From the NCBI GenBank assembly GCA_964016885.1, contig OZ024740.1:349060001-349124000 (forward strand): a stretch of DNA of 64,000 nt. Direction: 5' to 3'. Positions 38,301-53,494 of the stretch are shown one piece after another (position 1 is the first letter of the stretch; each line of letters begins with the position of its first letter). The notes beneath the pieces are model-generated. The model made no database searches. It saw only the letters and a list, made by a program, of their open reading frames with translations, and was not told the DNA's origin. This DNA is from Eledone cirrhosa. Taxonomy: Eukaryota. The position numbers were made by a program, and so were the translations under genes.

Positions 38301-39321
38301 CTAAAGAAAGAAGAATATATTTTAGACAAATGGGGTAGCTTACATTTAACGTGACTGTAATTCATCGTGATAAAAACAATGTAAGATTAATAAAGTTATC
38401 TAGAAATAGATATGAAGCTAATAGAAACTATGTGAAGGGTTTATTGTATATATTAAATGAGCGGTTAAAAGCAGTCATATTATTTACAATATACTTTTTT
38501 GCTGATAAGATGTAAAAGAATACACCAGACGGTGTATTTATTTCAGGCGAGATAGAAGGAAAGTAAGAGAAAAGGAAGGGAAGTATAATACAATTGGAGG
38601 TGTTAGAGGCGACATATAGAAGCGGAAGTTCGCAAGTAAACAATTCAGTTCTACTTGTTGACGTATCGTGTGTAGTGACTAAAATTTAGCGACATTCAGA
38701 GATATTATAACTGTATTAATATTGGAGTTTTGAAATTAATGTCATATTTCTGTCTATCATTCTAGGTTTCCTGATGTAAAGTAAGCTAAAATGTTTTATT
38801 GTGTAATTTATTTGAATAGACATGTATAAAACATGCAGGATACTTTCCCTCCATTTCACAATTCTATTAAATTATGAGTAGCGATCATTCTGTCTACAAT
38901 TTGACTGGATATGATTATGTTATGTTATTTGTGAAACTATCGCACCATACGTATAAAATAAAAGTAAATATAAAAATATAAATTGCATATGTTTCTTCCT
39001 ACCATAATTTGAAAAGAATACAACATAAAATACACACATAAAATTTAATATAATATCTACAAACATAAATGCAACAACACAGTGTGTTGAAATAAATTTG
39101 TGTTGATTTTTCTATATATATCGAAAAACAAAAACAGTTAAATCATGTACTAAGTATATAAGTAGAGAAGAAGCATATTAATTTTATAGAAAGATCACTT
39201 CAATGGGGCTAGAACTGCTTCATTCATATGAAATCATCAGGAGTGTCCTGATCTGTTCATACGAATGCAACAGTTCGAAACCTATAGGAGTATTTTTTAT
39301 AAACATATTATATATATACAT

Positions 39322-39870
39322 ATTCTAAGGACATGATTTATGATATATTGCTCTGATTATTTAATTTATTAATTCTTCATAGAGCTACAACGTGACCGGT
39401 TGCAACATGATGACTTTATGTTTATGTATATGTAAACCTTTATATTTAATAATCTCCCGTCACGATTCTTATCCATTTTTTAATCTATTTTTGGCGCGAT
39501 CACTTTGGAAAACTAAATGTCTAATTTTGAGTTTGTCTCCTGATGAATCAGATACTCCAGACATATTTTATTAATTGGATGTCTAAAAACACGGATGAAA
39601 CCATGGTAGAGATATAATTACGGTATGTACACATTTCTTCTAAGTTTGAATTTGCACCTAATTGTGTATGGTTGGTGGTATATTTAGTCAGTTTCTACAC
39701 GCTGTTGAAATGTTGGATAAATACTCTTTCGGTTATTTGTCGGAAATTTCTTCATAAGAGCCTTTATTCTTATAGCTTGGTCTAATTGATTTTTTTATAT
39801 GGTTAATTATGCTAATTGGGAGAGGAAATGGTATATATTTTATCTAATAATTCTAAGGACATGATTTATG
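39322..39870 (+). mobile_element. Non-coding hammerhead-bearing element (solo pseudo-LTR or retrozyme-like) in the gene C intron
   Basis: Terminal direct repeat attctaaggacatgatttatg at ~39322 and ~39850, internal hammerhead, adjacent (TA)n. Confidence 0.65.
39534..39614 (+). ncRNA. Type I hammerhead ribozyme (copy of 187..267)
   Basis: CTGATGA at 39540-39546; GAAA-ccatgg-TA-gagata. Confidence 0.8.
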
Positions 39871-39873
39871 TTA

Positions 39874-39913
39874 TATATATATGTATGTATATATAAATAT
39901 ATATATATATATG

Positions 39914-40007
<94 letters not shown>

Positions 40008-40134
40008 TATATATATATATATATGTATGTATGTATGTGTATATATATATATACATGTGTGTGTGTGTGTGTGTATCAGTGTGTGCATTTTTGTGATTTT
40101 TTGTATCTATATAAATATATATATATATGTGTGT

Positions 40135-40206
<72 letters not shown>
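39874..40206. repeat. (TA)n/(TG)n microsatellite
   Basis: Direct inspection. Confidence 0.95.
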
Positions 40207-40210
<4 letters not shown>

Positions 40211-40560
40211 AAAATATATGTGAAGACTAAAATCTGAGGATTATATATATAAATATATATGTATATAAACCCGTAGAGTAAATATTTATTATAAGCACAG
40301 ATTAAAGTTTAAGCAAAGAATAGCTGCTTTCACCCTAAACGTCATCTTCTGACATATTTATAAACATTAGTACATACAATAATATATAATTGCTTCTACT
40401 TTTAGCACCAGGCCAGCAACTATTCCAGTGCATTACTGGTGTTTTATTTTATCAACCCCGTAAGGATGACAAAGAAACTTAGTGGGATTTGAACCCAGAT
40501 CATAAAGGGCCGTAACACTATGCTGCAAAGCATGACGTAATATAAATTAAATGTACTTAC

Positions 40561-40575
40561 TTTAGTTATCATCAT
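40561..40575 (-). CDS. IL17: IL-17-like gene C, coding exon 1 (MMITK)
   Basis: ATG ATG ATA ACT AAA|gtaagt, phase 0 with the acceptor at 38300. Confidence 0.8.
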
Positions 40576-42689
40576 TATACGAGTTGGTAAATTCGAATTG
40601 GATAAATAGGATCGCTGAAATTTTACAAATAATATCTGAATGATTCAACTTCTCAGGTGATGTACGTTCTCATCAATGATATCTGCTGTCAAGTGTTCTT
40701 TTCTTATATGTTGTTTTAATTCCGGAAGGGAAATTTTTGATATGACGTTACACATAGTGTAATTTGAATGTTTTAAAAATTGAAATGCGGATATAACTTA
40801 TAAATATATGCTGTGAGACTAAAACCCGTATTTTTTACCCACCTACCGGAATTATACGAAGTTTATATGAACTACATAGGAGGAGGTAAATTTCCTAGGG
40901 AATACAACTTATTTGAATTAATCATTATTTGTTTACATGTAGCTAAAGTCCAGTGAGTGGTAGGTAGTTTCCATTGATACACATGTAGCTGAAAGAATAA
41001 TAAATTCTCTTCGCTAGTATTTCTATTTTTAGTACCTTTTTCTTTAATACAACAATATATGTTTAGATATCTTAAAAATAAGTCATTGTTAAAGCGAGAA
41101 TATTTTCATTTAAGTAATGCTTTAATAGTAAGTGAGAGTATTATTAACCATGTTACAACTACTTGAATTAGGATTTTGAAGTAGTGTCGCATAGAATGTT
41201 ACTGTTGTAATGTGTATTAACCGCAAATAATTCAAATTTCGTTTTGTAAATACTTAATAAGTCTGTTTATAATTGATCATAGAATAGAGAATCGTGTAAA
41301 CAACCACATTTTATGAAAGTAAAAGCAGTAAAAAAAAGAAGATTGAGAGGAGAGAGAGAAGGACAAGACAGGAATTAAAGGGATAAAACGTATAGCAGAT
41401 GACTAGAAATGTATTGACGTTGAGAATTAAGAAGGGAATTACCAGTGGAGAAATGAAAAAGCAACGTTTTATAAAATACACAGACAAAAACAAAGGCGTC
41501 AGAATCACCTCATCTGGTATCAAATAACCGCATAATTCACCCGATCAGGGAGTATCATGCATTTATGCTCGCCCACGCAACATAATAAATATTTCTGTTG
41601 GTGGGACACCTGATTCCGTCAGCCCAGTCACACTGTCAGCTCAAACAGAAGTGCTATATCCGCCATAATTTCAACACATTAACACTCATATTTGCATGTC
41701 ACACAAGTCAAAACATAAAACCAAATATCTATTGGCTTAAATTATATACAAAAGAATGAACACACTTTGTTTACTCTGGACGAAAATGTATTGACGTTTC
41801 GCACCATGGGATGACAAAGCCTTCAATGGTGCGAAAAGGTAATACATTTTAATAAAAGTAATGCAAGTTGAGAAAGTGTGGTGCTATGAAAAAAAATGAC
41901 GATAAATACAAACATATTTGTAAAAAGTAAACAGAAATAACAAAGCAAACGGCACAGTACAGTGAAGAAATATATTAGTTTAACTTTTGAAATAACAGGA
42001 AAAGAGTCTGAACGTTTTGACCACAAGTCCTTCATCAGCAGATAGAATGACAAATAAAAGAAGAAATTGAAAGATGAAGAGTGACAAGAAGGAAATGCAG
42101 ATATAAACAGCTAAGGTAAACAATGCTTAATCTAGTACAAGAGAGATTAATTAGTATATATTAATATTTCATACACATAACATGCATGCGCGACATTAGA
42201 TTTCGGTGTCCAATTATAACCATGACTGTATAGTGGAGGAGCCTTTCCAAATCTGACCTTATTCGCCAGGCATTAGGACAAAATTGAAAGACAAACCGTT
42301 ACTTTACGAAATGTGGTCATATTTCCTGAAGAGTTCCCTCAAGAATAAAGTTGGGTAATTCTCAAAATAAATCTTAAATTATAATGGCTACATGCTTTGA
42401 AACGATGTCTATGTATATATAATATGTGCGTGACTTAAGCTGCAAGTTATTTTTAAAAGACACTAAAGGAGCTCGTTATAATACGGAAAATGTATATCAT
42501 AAAGTATTTGTCCTTAAGAAAAACAAGAGAGATAATCCTCTCTGGGAAATATACATATGGAACATCTAAATATGTTGACAAACCTAAACATATATAAAAC
42601 TATTATAGGAAATATTTTTATCCCCAAAGTTCAATAATATGAATACATTTTGTGTTACACACAGTTAAAGGTTTGTTGGTTCTTTTTGT

Positions 42690-43103
42690 GAGTCACATTC
42701 ATTTTCATGTCTTTCAGTTATCACAATATTTCGTGCACAAAAACAAACTATGGTTACATCTATCACAGACTATACACATACCATCCATCAACATATTTGT
42801 ATGTTTGAGTACCGTCATGTTAGTAAATACACTTACACATTGGTGGTGTAGACAGTCTTTAAAACGGCAATGTTACTGTACACAATGGAGGAAAGCCCGT
42901 TGATTCATGGTTAATATTAAGGTACCAAGGGCATGTTCAACGTTCACTGATGATATAAGAAGAAACAACAAATGCTGGGCAAGATTTATGCCAGTCTCTG
43001 GACAGTTCTCTTATTGTACTTTCAAATCAGTTGGTATATCACTTTGTCCCTGACTTGGTGCCAATGTCACAATCAAAATCAAGATCAAAATCTGTATGAA
43101 AAC
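42690..43103 (-). pseudogene. IL-17-like pseudogene exon 2
   Basis: Acceptor aag|GTT then VFIQILIL. Later IISER*TCPWYLNINHESTGFPP, with stops, frameshifts and deletions. Confidence 0.88.
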
Positions 43104-44322
43104 CTTTAACGTAGAAAATATTTCAGTCATATTTTTTTATTTGAAAAAGATTAATCGTGATAAACGAATGTAAGAATAACAATATACTCTTGAGTTATAT
43201 ATCAAGTTAACAGAAACTATGTCAGGAGTTCATTCTAAGTAATAAAAGAGTGGCATGTATCAGTTATATGAAGTGCAATATATTGTGATGGTATCATAAG
43301 ACAGCAGGCGCTATATATGTTTTAGGCGAAAAGGAAAGAATGTTGGAGAAACGAAAGAGAAGTATAATAGAGGAAGGAGGAGTGGTGGTGGACATACTTC
43401 TTTGTATGTACGAGTGTGTATATGAGAGTAAAAAAGTAACTTTATTGAACTTCAATTATATAATGTACGAAAATAAAGCAAGAAAAAAAAGAGAAAGATA
43501 TGGAAAATAAAGCAAGAAAAAAAAGAGAAAGATAAGTAAAAGATAGCGGGGGTAACAGACTTTAAACCCTGTGTGGGTGGTATATCTCTACAGCGTCAAT
43601 TAGACAAAATGACGAAGGCATTGGAGTGGAGTAAAGAAAGCGACACTCGTTGCATCAATAATTTCTCCCTAAATGGCATAAATTTTTCCTAAACAGTGCG
43701 GGCAATGAGAACACCAGCCGTCTCGACGGTAACGGGTACTTCTTTCCTCAGCGCTACAGGTAGCAGTCACAGGATTTATGGCCGAAACGACCCGGTTGGA
43801 AGCAGAGATTAGAGATTTACGTCCATCAACGGGAACTGGTTTATCCCGTCTGGACCTTTACCATCACTATGGTCCTGGCCGAACAGGCTCCAATTTTGAC
43901 TATTCTCAAGTAAGCAATTTTATTTTCAAATATAACACAGACTGTGTAGCATATGGAGTGTACCGTATCCGAACACAGATTATACTGAATTATGGAGGGA
44001 AATCCATACTGTAAATTAAATTCTTTTTATATGAAATTGGAAAATTACATTTTCAAATTATATAAAATAATAAATCATTATAGATACAGGTAGAAAAGCC
44101 CCCGTTCGGGTGGTTTTCTGCTAGCATGTATTGATATTATACGCAAATATACATGCATGTAGATATGATACAACAAATAAAATTGTAATTGACAATATGC
44201 ACAGAAATTGAAGTGAGATTGTGTTACGTTGTCTTCTGTAATCAGTAAAGTAATACATGGTTCATTTTAAAAATACGATATTATATATACACTGCGGTAT
44301 ATTATATATACACTGCAGTATC

Positions 44323-44479
44323 GCTAGATGGTCGGACGCCATGCTTTCTAGCATAGTTACGTCCCTTTACGATCTGAGTTCAAATCCCGTCGAGGTTAAC
44401 TTTGCCTTTCATCCTTAAGGGGTCGAAAAAATAATGTACCAGTAATGTACTGGGTATTTGCAAAAGTTGAAACAATTAT
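44323..44479 (+). mobile_element. tRNA-derived SINE in a segment absent from copy 1
   Basis: Family match. Confidence 0.8.
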
Positions 44480-44764
44480 ATATACACTGCATTACGGTGG
44501 AATGTAATGAAAACAATAAAGGAGAAAATTTGCGACGGAAATCTAAACGTTATGATGTAATATATGAAGGTTTATATAAGCGATATAATATAGCGTACGG
44601 ACGCTAACCGGAAGTGTAGACATTTGAAAAGTTTAAAAGAAGTTAATCTTAAAATAAGCAATCATTATATATCAGAATATTTATGTTTAATCAACAACTA
44701 CGAAATTTAGTACATAAATTATGTAATATTCATTCATTATTTATTGATATTTATTTATTTATAG

Positions 44765-44951
44765 GGCGATGGATTGGCAGTATCGGTAGAGGGTTGGACG
44801 CCATGCTTTCCAGCATAGTTACGTCCCTTTACGATCTGAGTTCAAATCCCGCCGAGGTTGACTTTGCCTTTCATCCTTACGGGGTCGATAAAATAAAGTA
44901 CCAGTAATGCACTGGTTTATTGCTGGCCTTGTGCCTAAAGTAGAAACAATT
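44765..44951 (+). mobile_element. tRNA-derived SINE, copy-2 specific
   Basis: TSD attatttattga; empty site at ~4185. Confidence 0.9.
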
Positions 44952-45112
44952 ATTTATTGAAAGTAATCCAATTTATTTTACTAACGAGATAAAAAAATAT
45001 ATTCAAGACACAATCCAATTTATTTTACTAACGAGATAAAAAAATATATTCAAGACACAATCCCGCACTCCTCCCTTTATTATATTATGACAGAATATGA
45101 TATCGGCAGAAT

Positions 45113-45288
45113 ATGATATCGGCAGTATCGGTAGAGAGTCAGACGCCATACTTGCAGCATAGAGTCACGCCCCTTTATGATCTGAGTTCAAATCCCGCCG
45201 AGGTTAACTTTGCATTTCATCCTTACATGGTCGATAAAATAAAGTACCAGTTAATTGCTGGTCTTGTGCCAAAAGTAGAAACGATTAT
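45113..45288 (+). mobile_element. tRNA-derived SINE
   Basis: Counterpart of 4285..4457. Confidence 0.85.
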
Positions 45289-45443
45289 ATTATGATAGAA
45301 TGAGCCTATTTCATCTGCTTTGACTTGCACATGCACACATAAACAGGTACACACCTACCTGTCCACCAACATATATATAAGGATGTAGATATTAATACAT
45401 ACAGAAATATATGAGATATCATCACTAATTTAAGTTTACTTAC

Positions 45444-45458
45444 GTTAGCTAACATCAT
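45444..45458 (-). pseudogene. Exon 1 of the IL-17 pseudogene (MMLAN)
   Basis: ATG ATG TTA GCT AAC|gtaagt. Confidence 0.7.
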
Positions 45459-45854
45459 TATACTTCTTCTTCACGTGGAAATGGAAGAAGGAAAGAAAGT
45501 GTAAGATATATTTGTACAAATATAACCAGAGTGACTTTTGTCTAAGTGAATAAAGGAGCTAAATTAGTAAAGGACGAAGGGAGCTGTCTGGTCAATGGAA
45601 TTACTGATACTTTGTACATCGACCGTAATGGAAGTTGAACTCATTGAATCACACAGAAGAGAAACTAGGACTAAAAACAACAGATAAAGTATATAATATA
45701 TCGTTGACAAGTGACAGTGTATAAATGTATGTATATGTGGTGTGGTAAATAAATACATCAGGTCCGAACACAATCGAACCAAACTCCCCCTGTCACTACC
45801 TCCGTCTCTTTCGCTCTACTTATTTCTCACTATTATAAGAAAATATTGTCCACA

Positions 45855-46235
45855 GCTGGCCGCCCCGCGGCCCGGCGGACAGAACAGGGAATGTTTTCCC
45901 CCAGTGGATAGTGAGGGAGACACACTGGAAGAGGCCTTCCATCACGCGACACTCACACCTGCGGATACCGATAGAGGTGCGTAGGGAGCCAAGGAGACCA
46001 GAAGTCTCCTGCTCGAAGTCAAACCTGTCGGAGAGCAACCGATATTTGGAGAGTTTGACCTCATCGGCCCGAAGTGCAGCAGGCTGCACAAAGGTTGCGG
46101 CCTCGATCTAGGAGGGGAAGCCTGCAGCGTCCAAGCCATGCTTTATGACCTCGTTGAGGGCTGCATGGCATGGAAGGCGGCCGATACTGGAGCAGCAGAA
46201 CAGCGAATGGGAGCCCAAGTAGTCTACGATGGATC
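45855..46235 (-). mobile_element. CRE-like non-LTR 3' fragment
   Basis: Counterpart of 5025..5400. Confidence 0.65.
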
Positions 46236-47029
46236 AGTGTATTAAAGATATATACTGTAATATCTTTTTTTTTTATTTATATACAATTTTTGAAACCGGA
46301 ATGGAAAGTCCGATATAAAATTACATACAGCATTTGTTTGAACGTATGAATGAACCACGGACGGAACGAAGAATTATCTCGTGCGATAATGAGTCTATAA
46401 TATATACTTAATGCCTCCTCTCGTATGGGAGGAGTAAAAGTAGCCAGTATAAAGCACTTGTTCACTTTAATCATTGTTTATTTACACCTAATTGCCAAAA
46501 TTCGGGTGTAGTAAATAATTTTCATTGATAAGCAAAATTAAGAAATAAATAAATAAACAATTAAACAAATACTACATAAATTATCATCTCTCTTCCGTAG
46601 CATATATATTTCCGTAGCATCCTAATAATAAATATCTGGTAAGCTTGCGAAGTCTTTCAGTTAAAGCTCCCATAGTCATAAGGTAGGAAAGAAAGTCATC
46701 TTGTAGAATAGTATTCTACAATGAAAGACACAAGCGTCTTCATTTCCGAATAGTGGTTGGCAAAAAACCTGAAATTATGATCTTTGAAACGTAAAATATA
46801 TTAAATATTATGTAAGAAAAATATGTTCATTGCTTTAAAACTATTCTATACAATTTTATGGGAAGAAATACAAAATAATGCATTATTATAAAAAGTATAG
46901 TAAACAAGATACTTTAATATAGTAAATACCAAATATAAATAAATAAACCATTAATTAGATAATAAATTAACAAATATAATCAATCTCTGATTTGAAACAT
47001 AGTTCTGATTTACAGTGGGAGATAATGGT

Positions 47030-47235
47030 TTCTTATATAGGCACATTGCCAGAAATTTGGGGGAGGGAAAAGTCGATTAAATCGACCTCAGTGCGTGACT
47101 GGTACTTTATTTTATCGACCCCGTAAGGATGAAAGGCAAAGTTAACCTCGGCTGGATTTGAACTCAGATCATAAAGGGCCGTAACTCTATGCTGCAAAGC
47201 ATGGCGTCCGACCCTCTACTGATAGTGCCAAACCT
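47030..47235 (-). mobile_element. tRNA-derived SINE
   Basis: Counterpart of 6190..6395. Confidence 0.85.
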
Positions 47236-47405
47236 GACATCTGTATAGTAGTCCTGCTTGTAATTTCAAATATACTTTGAAGTAGTTTTTTTAATTAGAA
47301 TATCCTTATAATAGTATTCGGTTAATATACTCAGGAATTTGACATGAAACTAACATGGTGTGAATAATTCACAATACGTTTCCGAGAGTTTTTACAATAT
47401 AGTAT

Positions 47406-48903
47406 ACTAGCAGTAAAGCCCGGCGTTGCTCGGGGTCGCTCAGTAGCTGTGTTAAAGTTACAATGTTAAGTTTCTTTTTTGGCTTAAAGTCTGTCTGCAC
47501 GACTGTCTGTCTGCACGCCTAACGAAATTTACAGATACATATATTTTAAATAAACTTATATAATTTTTTCTTTTTTTTTACGAAATATTTGCTTGTTTTA
47601 CGTAGTCTTTAAATAAACTTGTTTTCAAGTAAAAATATTGTTTTAAAAGGCTTTTAAATGGAAATGAAGCAAAACGGAAGCTTAGTGTTCGAACTGATGA
47701 ATTTTGCAGGTCAAAATTTTGCTGGCTCGACAACTGTTCGTGTATTGTGTTAATGTCATTTTAAACGCTGAGAAAGCCAGCATAATTTTTTTAATTTTTG
47801 CACGCAGAAAATGTAAACAGAACAAAGGGAAATAACTCGTCACTTGCGCTCAAAAATCGATACATTAGATTCGATTTCGTCAAATAGGGTGGGTCAATTT
47901 GAAATATTTTTTTTCCGATGTCTTCGCTAGGGCTCAATGTACAAGTATAACAATTTCGGTGCAATTCCGTCAGAGATTCTAAGAGGAGATGTGTGCCAAA
48001 AATCGATAGACAGACAGACAACCACAGCTTTATATATATAGATAGATGACATAATCAAAAACAAGAACTTATTTGAAAATTTATTTCACCGATGGTTCCG
48101 CCGGACCTTCATCTATAAGTGTAGCAATTTCACCGAAATTTGAACGTACGGTTTAAGAGGAGATGTGTGCCGAATGTTTTAGTAGACAGACAGGCAACCT
48201 CAGTTTTATATATATAGATGACATAATCAAAAACAAGAACTTATTTGAAAATTTATTTGACCGTTGGTTCCGCCGGACCTTCATCTATAAGTGTAGCAAT
48301 TTCACCGAAATTTGAACGTACGGATTAAGAGGAGATGTGTGCCGAAGGTTTTAGTAGACATACAGACAACCTCAGTTTTATATATATAGATGACATAATC
48401 AAAAACAAGAACTTATTTGAAAATTTATTTGACCGATGGTTCCGCCGGACCTTCATCTATAAGTGTAGCAATTTCACCGAAATTTGAACGTATGGTTTAA
48501 GAGGAGATGTGTGCCGAAGGTTTTAGTAGACAGACAACCTCAGTTTTATATATATATATGACATAATCAAAAGCAAGAACTTATTTGAAAATTTATTTGA
48601 CCGATGGTTCCGCCGGACCTTCATCTATAAGTGTAGCAATTTCACCGAAATTTGAACGTACGGTTTAAGAGGAGATGTGTGCCGAAGGTTTTAGTAGACA
48701 GACAGACAACCTCAGTTTTATATATATAGATGACATAATCAAAAACAAGAACTTATTTGAAAATTTATTTGACCGATGGTTCCGCCGGACCTTCATCTAT
48801 AAGTGTAGCAATTTCACCGAAATTTGAACGTAAGGTTTAAGAGGAGATGTGTGCCGAAGGTTTTAGTAGACAGAAAGACAACCTCAGTTTTATATATATA
48901 GAT
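47406..48903 (+). mobile_element. HINE/Helitron-like element with tandemly repeated 3' ends, copy-2 specific
   Basis: Empty site tagtatattaaaaac at ~6565; no TSD. Confidence 0.85.
48045..48903. repeat. Tandem repeat, ~171 bp x5
   Basis: Unit gatgacataatcaaaaacaagaac...cagttttatatatata. Confidence 0.95.
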
Positions 48904-50132
48904 TAAAAACAGAGTTTATTTAATAATACATATATTTGTATGTGTATTGTATTTCTATACTACACGTATCTCTTATTGGTTATATACATATATGTGTGTG
49001 GTAGTTCACTGTCATATATTAGGTGTTATACTCCGACATCGACAGTAAATATATGCATGTATTCATTTAGTTGTGGGCAGCAGTGAACAACAAAATAATC
49101 GAATATAATAATTGAAAATAAAATACAAACAAAAAAAGAAGCAAAATGTTACAAACAAGGTAAAATATAAAATGTAATCCCAAAATATTTCTAAATAAAA
49201 AGCGGAGCGCTGAACCATTCCATGATAATTCCCAGAGAAGTAGGAAGATAGCCATTATGCTAGCGTAACCTAGAAGTATAGGTAGATAGCTATTAAGCCA
49301 ACGTAAAAAAGTATCAATATTTCAAATATTCTAAGGAAAAGGTAGAAACAAATCTTAATGCAGAACCATCACATAGACACAATTAATTATAAAGGTAAAA
49401 AATATTTTTAAAAAAAGGTTAATAAGAAGGTAATCTGTAGAATGAGATAACTGACTGCATCCTTTCTGACTAATATATTGACGTGTTATAAACATACCTA
49501 CAACAGTACTTTAAATTGCTGTCAGCAAGATAATTTCTAACATGCCTAGCCAGAATTAGTAGCAAATACACGGATGCACTCCAATTATGGTTTTAATATG
49601 ACTGGAACGAAAATCTTAGATCTGTAATTTGACATGAGATATGTTGAAATATATTGTGCTGTTGCTCTTTATTGTCTTGTATAACATTTGGAGGGTTGTT
49701 GTGTTAACCTGTGCTCAAATGGCGTTTTAGTAGACCTACGAATAACAACATTCCAGCAATGTACGTGATGCTGTTTTTTCAAATATAGTGAGACTCATAC
49801 TATATAATATCTACTTAAAATACAGGATAACCATCTCTTTAAAATACAGCATAGCAAGGAATATTGATACAGCATCCTCATGGCATTTACTCGTAAAATA
49901 ATATGGATCGACAAAAGATTCGTCAAGCAACCAGATGGAATAAGTAAATTGACCTTCTGATTGGAAAATGTTAAAAACTATATGATTATATGACAAGATA
50001 TGAATGAAAGTTAATACAAGAAGTATACAAATCTGCTATTTATGAATGCTAAGAATGCAACAGAATGTGAGTCGGTGTGTGTCGATTTTGTGTGAATGGG
50101 ATTGAGAAATGAACATTTTGATAGTTTAAAGA

Positions 50133-50324
50133 TAATTGTTTCTACTTTTGGCACAAGGCCAGCAATTATCCAGTGCATTACTGGTACTTTATTTTATCGA
50201 CCCCGTAAGGATGAAAGGCAAAGTTAACCTCGGCGGGATTTGAACTCAAACCATAAAGGGGCGTAACTCTTTGCTGCAAAGCATAGCGTCAGATCCTCTA
50301 CCGATACTGCCAATCCACCGCCCT
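50133..50324 (-). mobile_element. tRNA-derived SINE, copy-2 specific
   Basis: TSD tagtttaaagataa; empty site at ~7790. Confidence 0.92.
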
Positions 50325-50469
50325 TAGTTTAAAGATAATAACAGTTTCGGTGTTGATTTGAGATATTAGACCAGAATGTAAGAAATCTCATTACTATAGA
50401 ATGCAATGCTAAATATGTATTAATAGAAGTACTAAATGTCAATTCTAATAGCCAATAATAATATATCAC

Positions 50470-52240
50470 AAGAAGAATTGTTTAAGAGATTATTTAGTGT
50501 CAGTTGCGCTACCCATGAGATTTATAATACAAAAGAGTGCCTTGTTGAGTAAAATGATTCATAGATTACCTGAGAATTTTGCCTTTATCATATATAACAG
50601 GTTTACTAAAATCATAAATCTCCCTGTAATAAGGCCCTCGTATGCTTATTGTATGGCTGCTACAAGAGAAGTGCAGCGAACAAAACATGGGATTATACGT
50701 TGTTTTGTGGGTGTTAGCAAATATTTTGACACTGTTAACAGGAATGCAGTGTGGCTCGTGCTGAAGAAATAGAGCTGCCCTGAAAATGTTTGAAGATATA
50801 GCCAAGGCTCCCCATAAGGATATGAAGGTCCCAGTTAACTTTGGTGGAACGCTATAGGAAATATTTCCTTCTGAATATGGCGTTAAGCAAGGTGATCCCG
50901 AAATACCGACAGTCTTCTCTATATATATTGCAGCTATGCTATCAGATGGATTTGTAATTTCAAGAGATGTATACACGATTCCACTTCTCAGGCAATGTGT
51001 TCAAACTGACAAGAATGAACTTCCTATCCAAAGTCTTTACACCTCTGGTACGTAATCCTTCAATCGCTAACGTCTGTGACATTGTGGCACTGAGCAAAGT
51101 TCACAGAATCTAATTAGTGCGTTTGATTCTACATATGACGATTTTAGTATCACAATTAATTTAAAAAGTCAAAGAAAAAGTGGTAATGCATCAACTTGCC
51201 CACAGAGAAAAATCAATGAACTCCAGATACTGTTTAAATGTGCAGTGCTTACAATTGTGACTTCTTTTGAATATCTGAGTAGCCTTACACATGCTGATGG
51301 AAACTTAGACACTTCTTGCACTCAAAGGGCAGAAGAAGCCTTTGGCAGCTTATTATCTAAAGTCTGGTAAGAGCGCCATATTATTTTTGGCGCTAAGATC
51401 ATGTTATATGTCTCATTCGAGCTTCCTGCACTGCAGCATTATTCTACATGGACAACATAAAAGCGTTGTATAAAAATGTTGGAAATATTTCCTCAGAAAT
51501 GCAAACGCCCCATACTCAGAATAAACTAATTTTCACTCTGTTTTAAAACTGAGGTTCTCGTTGAAGCTAAGATCACATCAATCCAAACTATACTTATTAG
51601 AAATTAACTACAGTGGACACGCCATCACATCGCATTCTCAAGCAAATGTTTTATGATTAGCTTAATCTGGGAAAGAGAAACAAATAGTAAGCCAAAAAAA
51701 TATAAAAAGACTCTTTAAATTCCTATTTGAAATGTCTTAGATTATGTTACAAAAGTCATGAATCTTATGCAGCAGATAGGGAAACATGGAACATCGCGAG
51801 CTATATTTTGAATCTGAGTTCAAGATTTCGAGCTTGACTTAGTTAAGCATGCTGAAACGAAAAGGTTCGTGAACATGAGATTAATAGCAATAGCATTGGG
51901 ATTAATTCTCATTCTTTCATTAAATCTTCCTTCTGCACAAAATTATGCATAGCTCGTGGTTGTGTGACATCACACAGGCTCACACGTGCGGGCAAGGCCC
52001 ACATGAAATATTGGAACTTCATTCCAGTCGATCAGTTTCATTGCCATGTTTGTCAAAAAACCTGCAATTCGCGTACATTATTGAAGCGGCTCGTAAACAC
52101 TCGTAGTATTCAAGCGGAAAATGGAGCCAATGTTAAATGAAACATTGTTGCAGTGTTTGCAGTCAGCTCTTTAAATACATTTCAGAGCTCGAAAGTCAGT
52201 TAATATCCTACGCTAGGAAAGAGCAATTAAGGTGCAAGAA
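50470..52240 (+). mobile_element. Decayed RTE-like LINE
   Basis: Counterpart of 7930..9330, with ~390 bp more internal sequence. Confidence 0.8.
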
Positions 52241-52436
52241 AAGACCAATCTGTTCAAGGAGCAGACAACCTGAATTAATTCCACATCACTTAAATATATG
52301 TAGATGTTAGCAAATATTGTGATAAGATAATTGATGTAAATTCAAATATAAAATATTACGTTAGATGCAGGTTTCGAATAACAAAGTGAATGAAACGATT
52401 TGGTTTCCAGTACAATCCATATACTTTTTATACTAT

Positions 52437-53494
<1,058 letters not shown>

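Noticed and set aside
48045-48903. CRISPR-like array
   Set aside because: The units are whole near-identical repeats without unique spacers, in a eukaryotic context with no cas genes.
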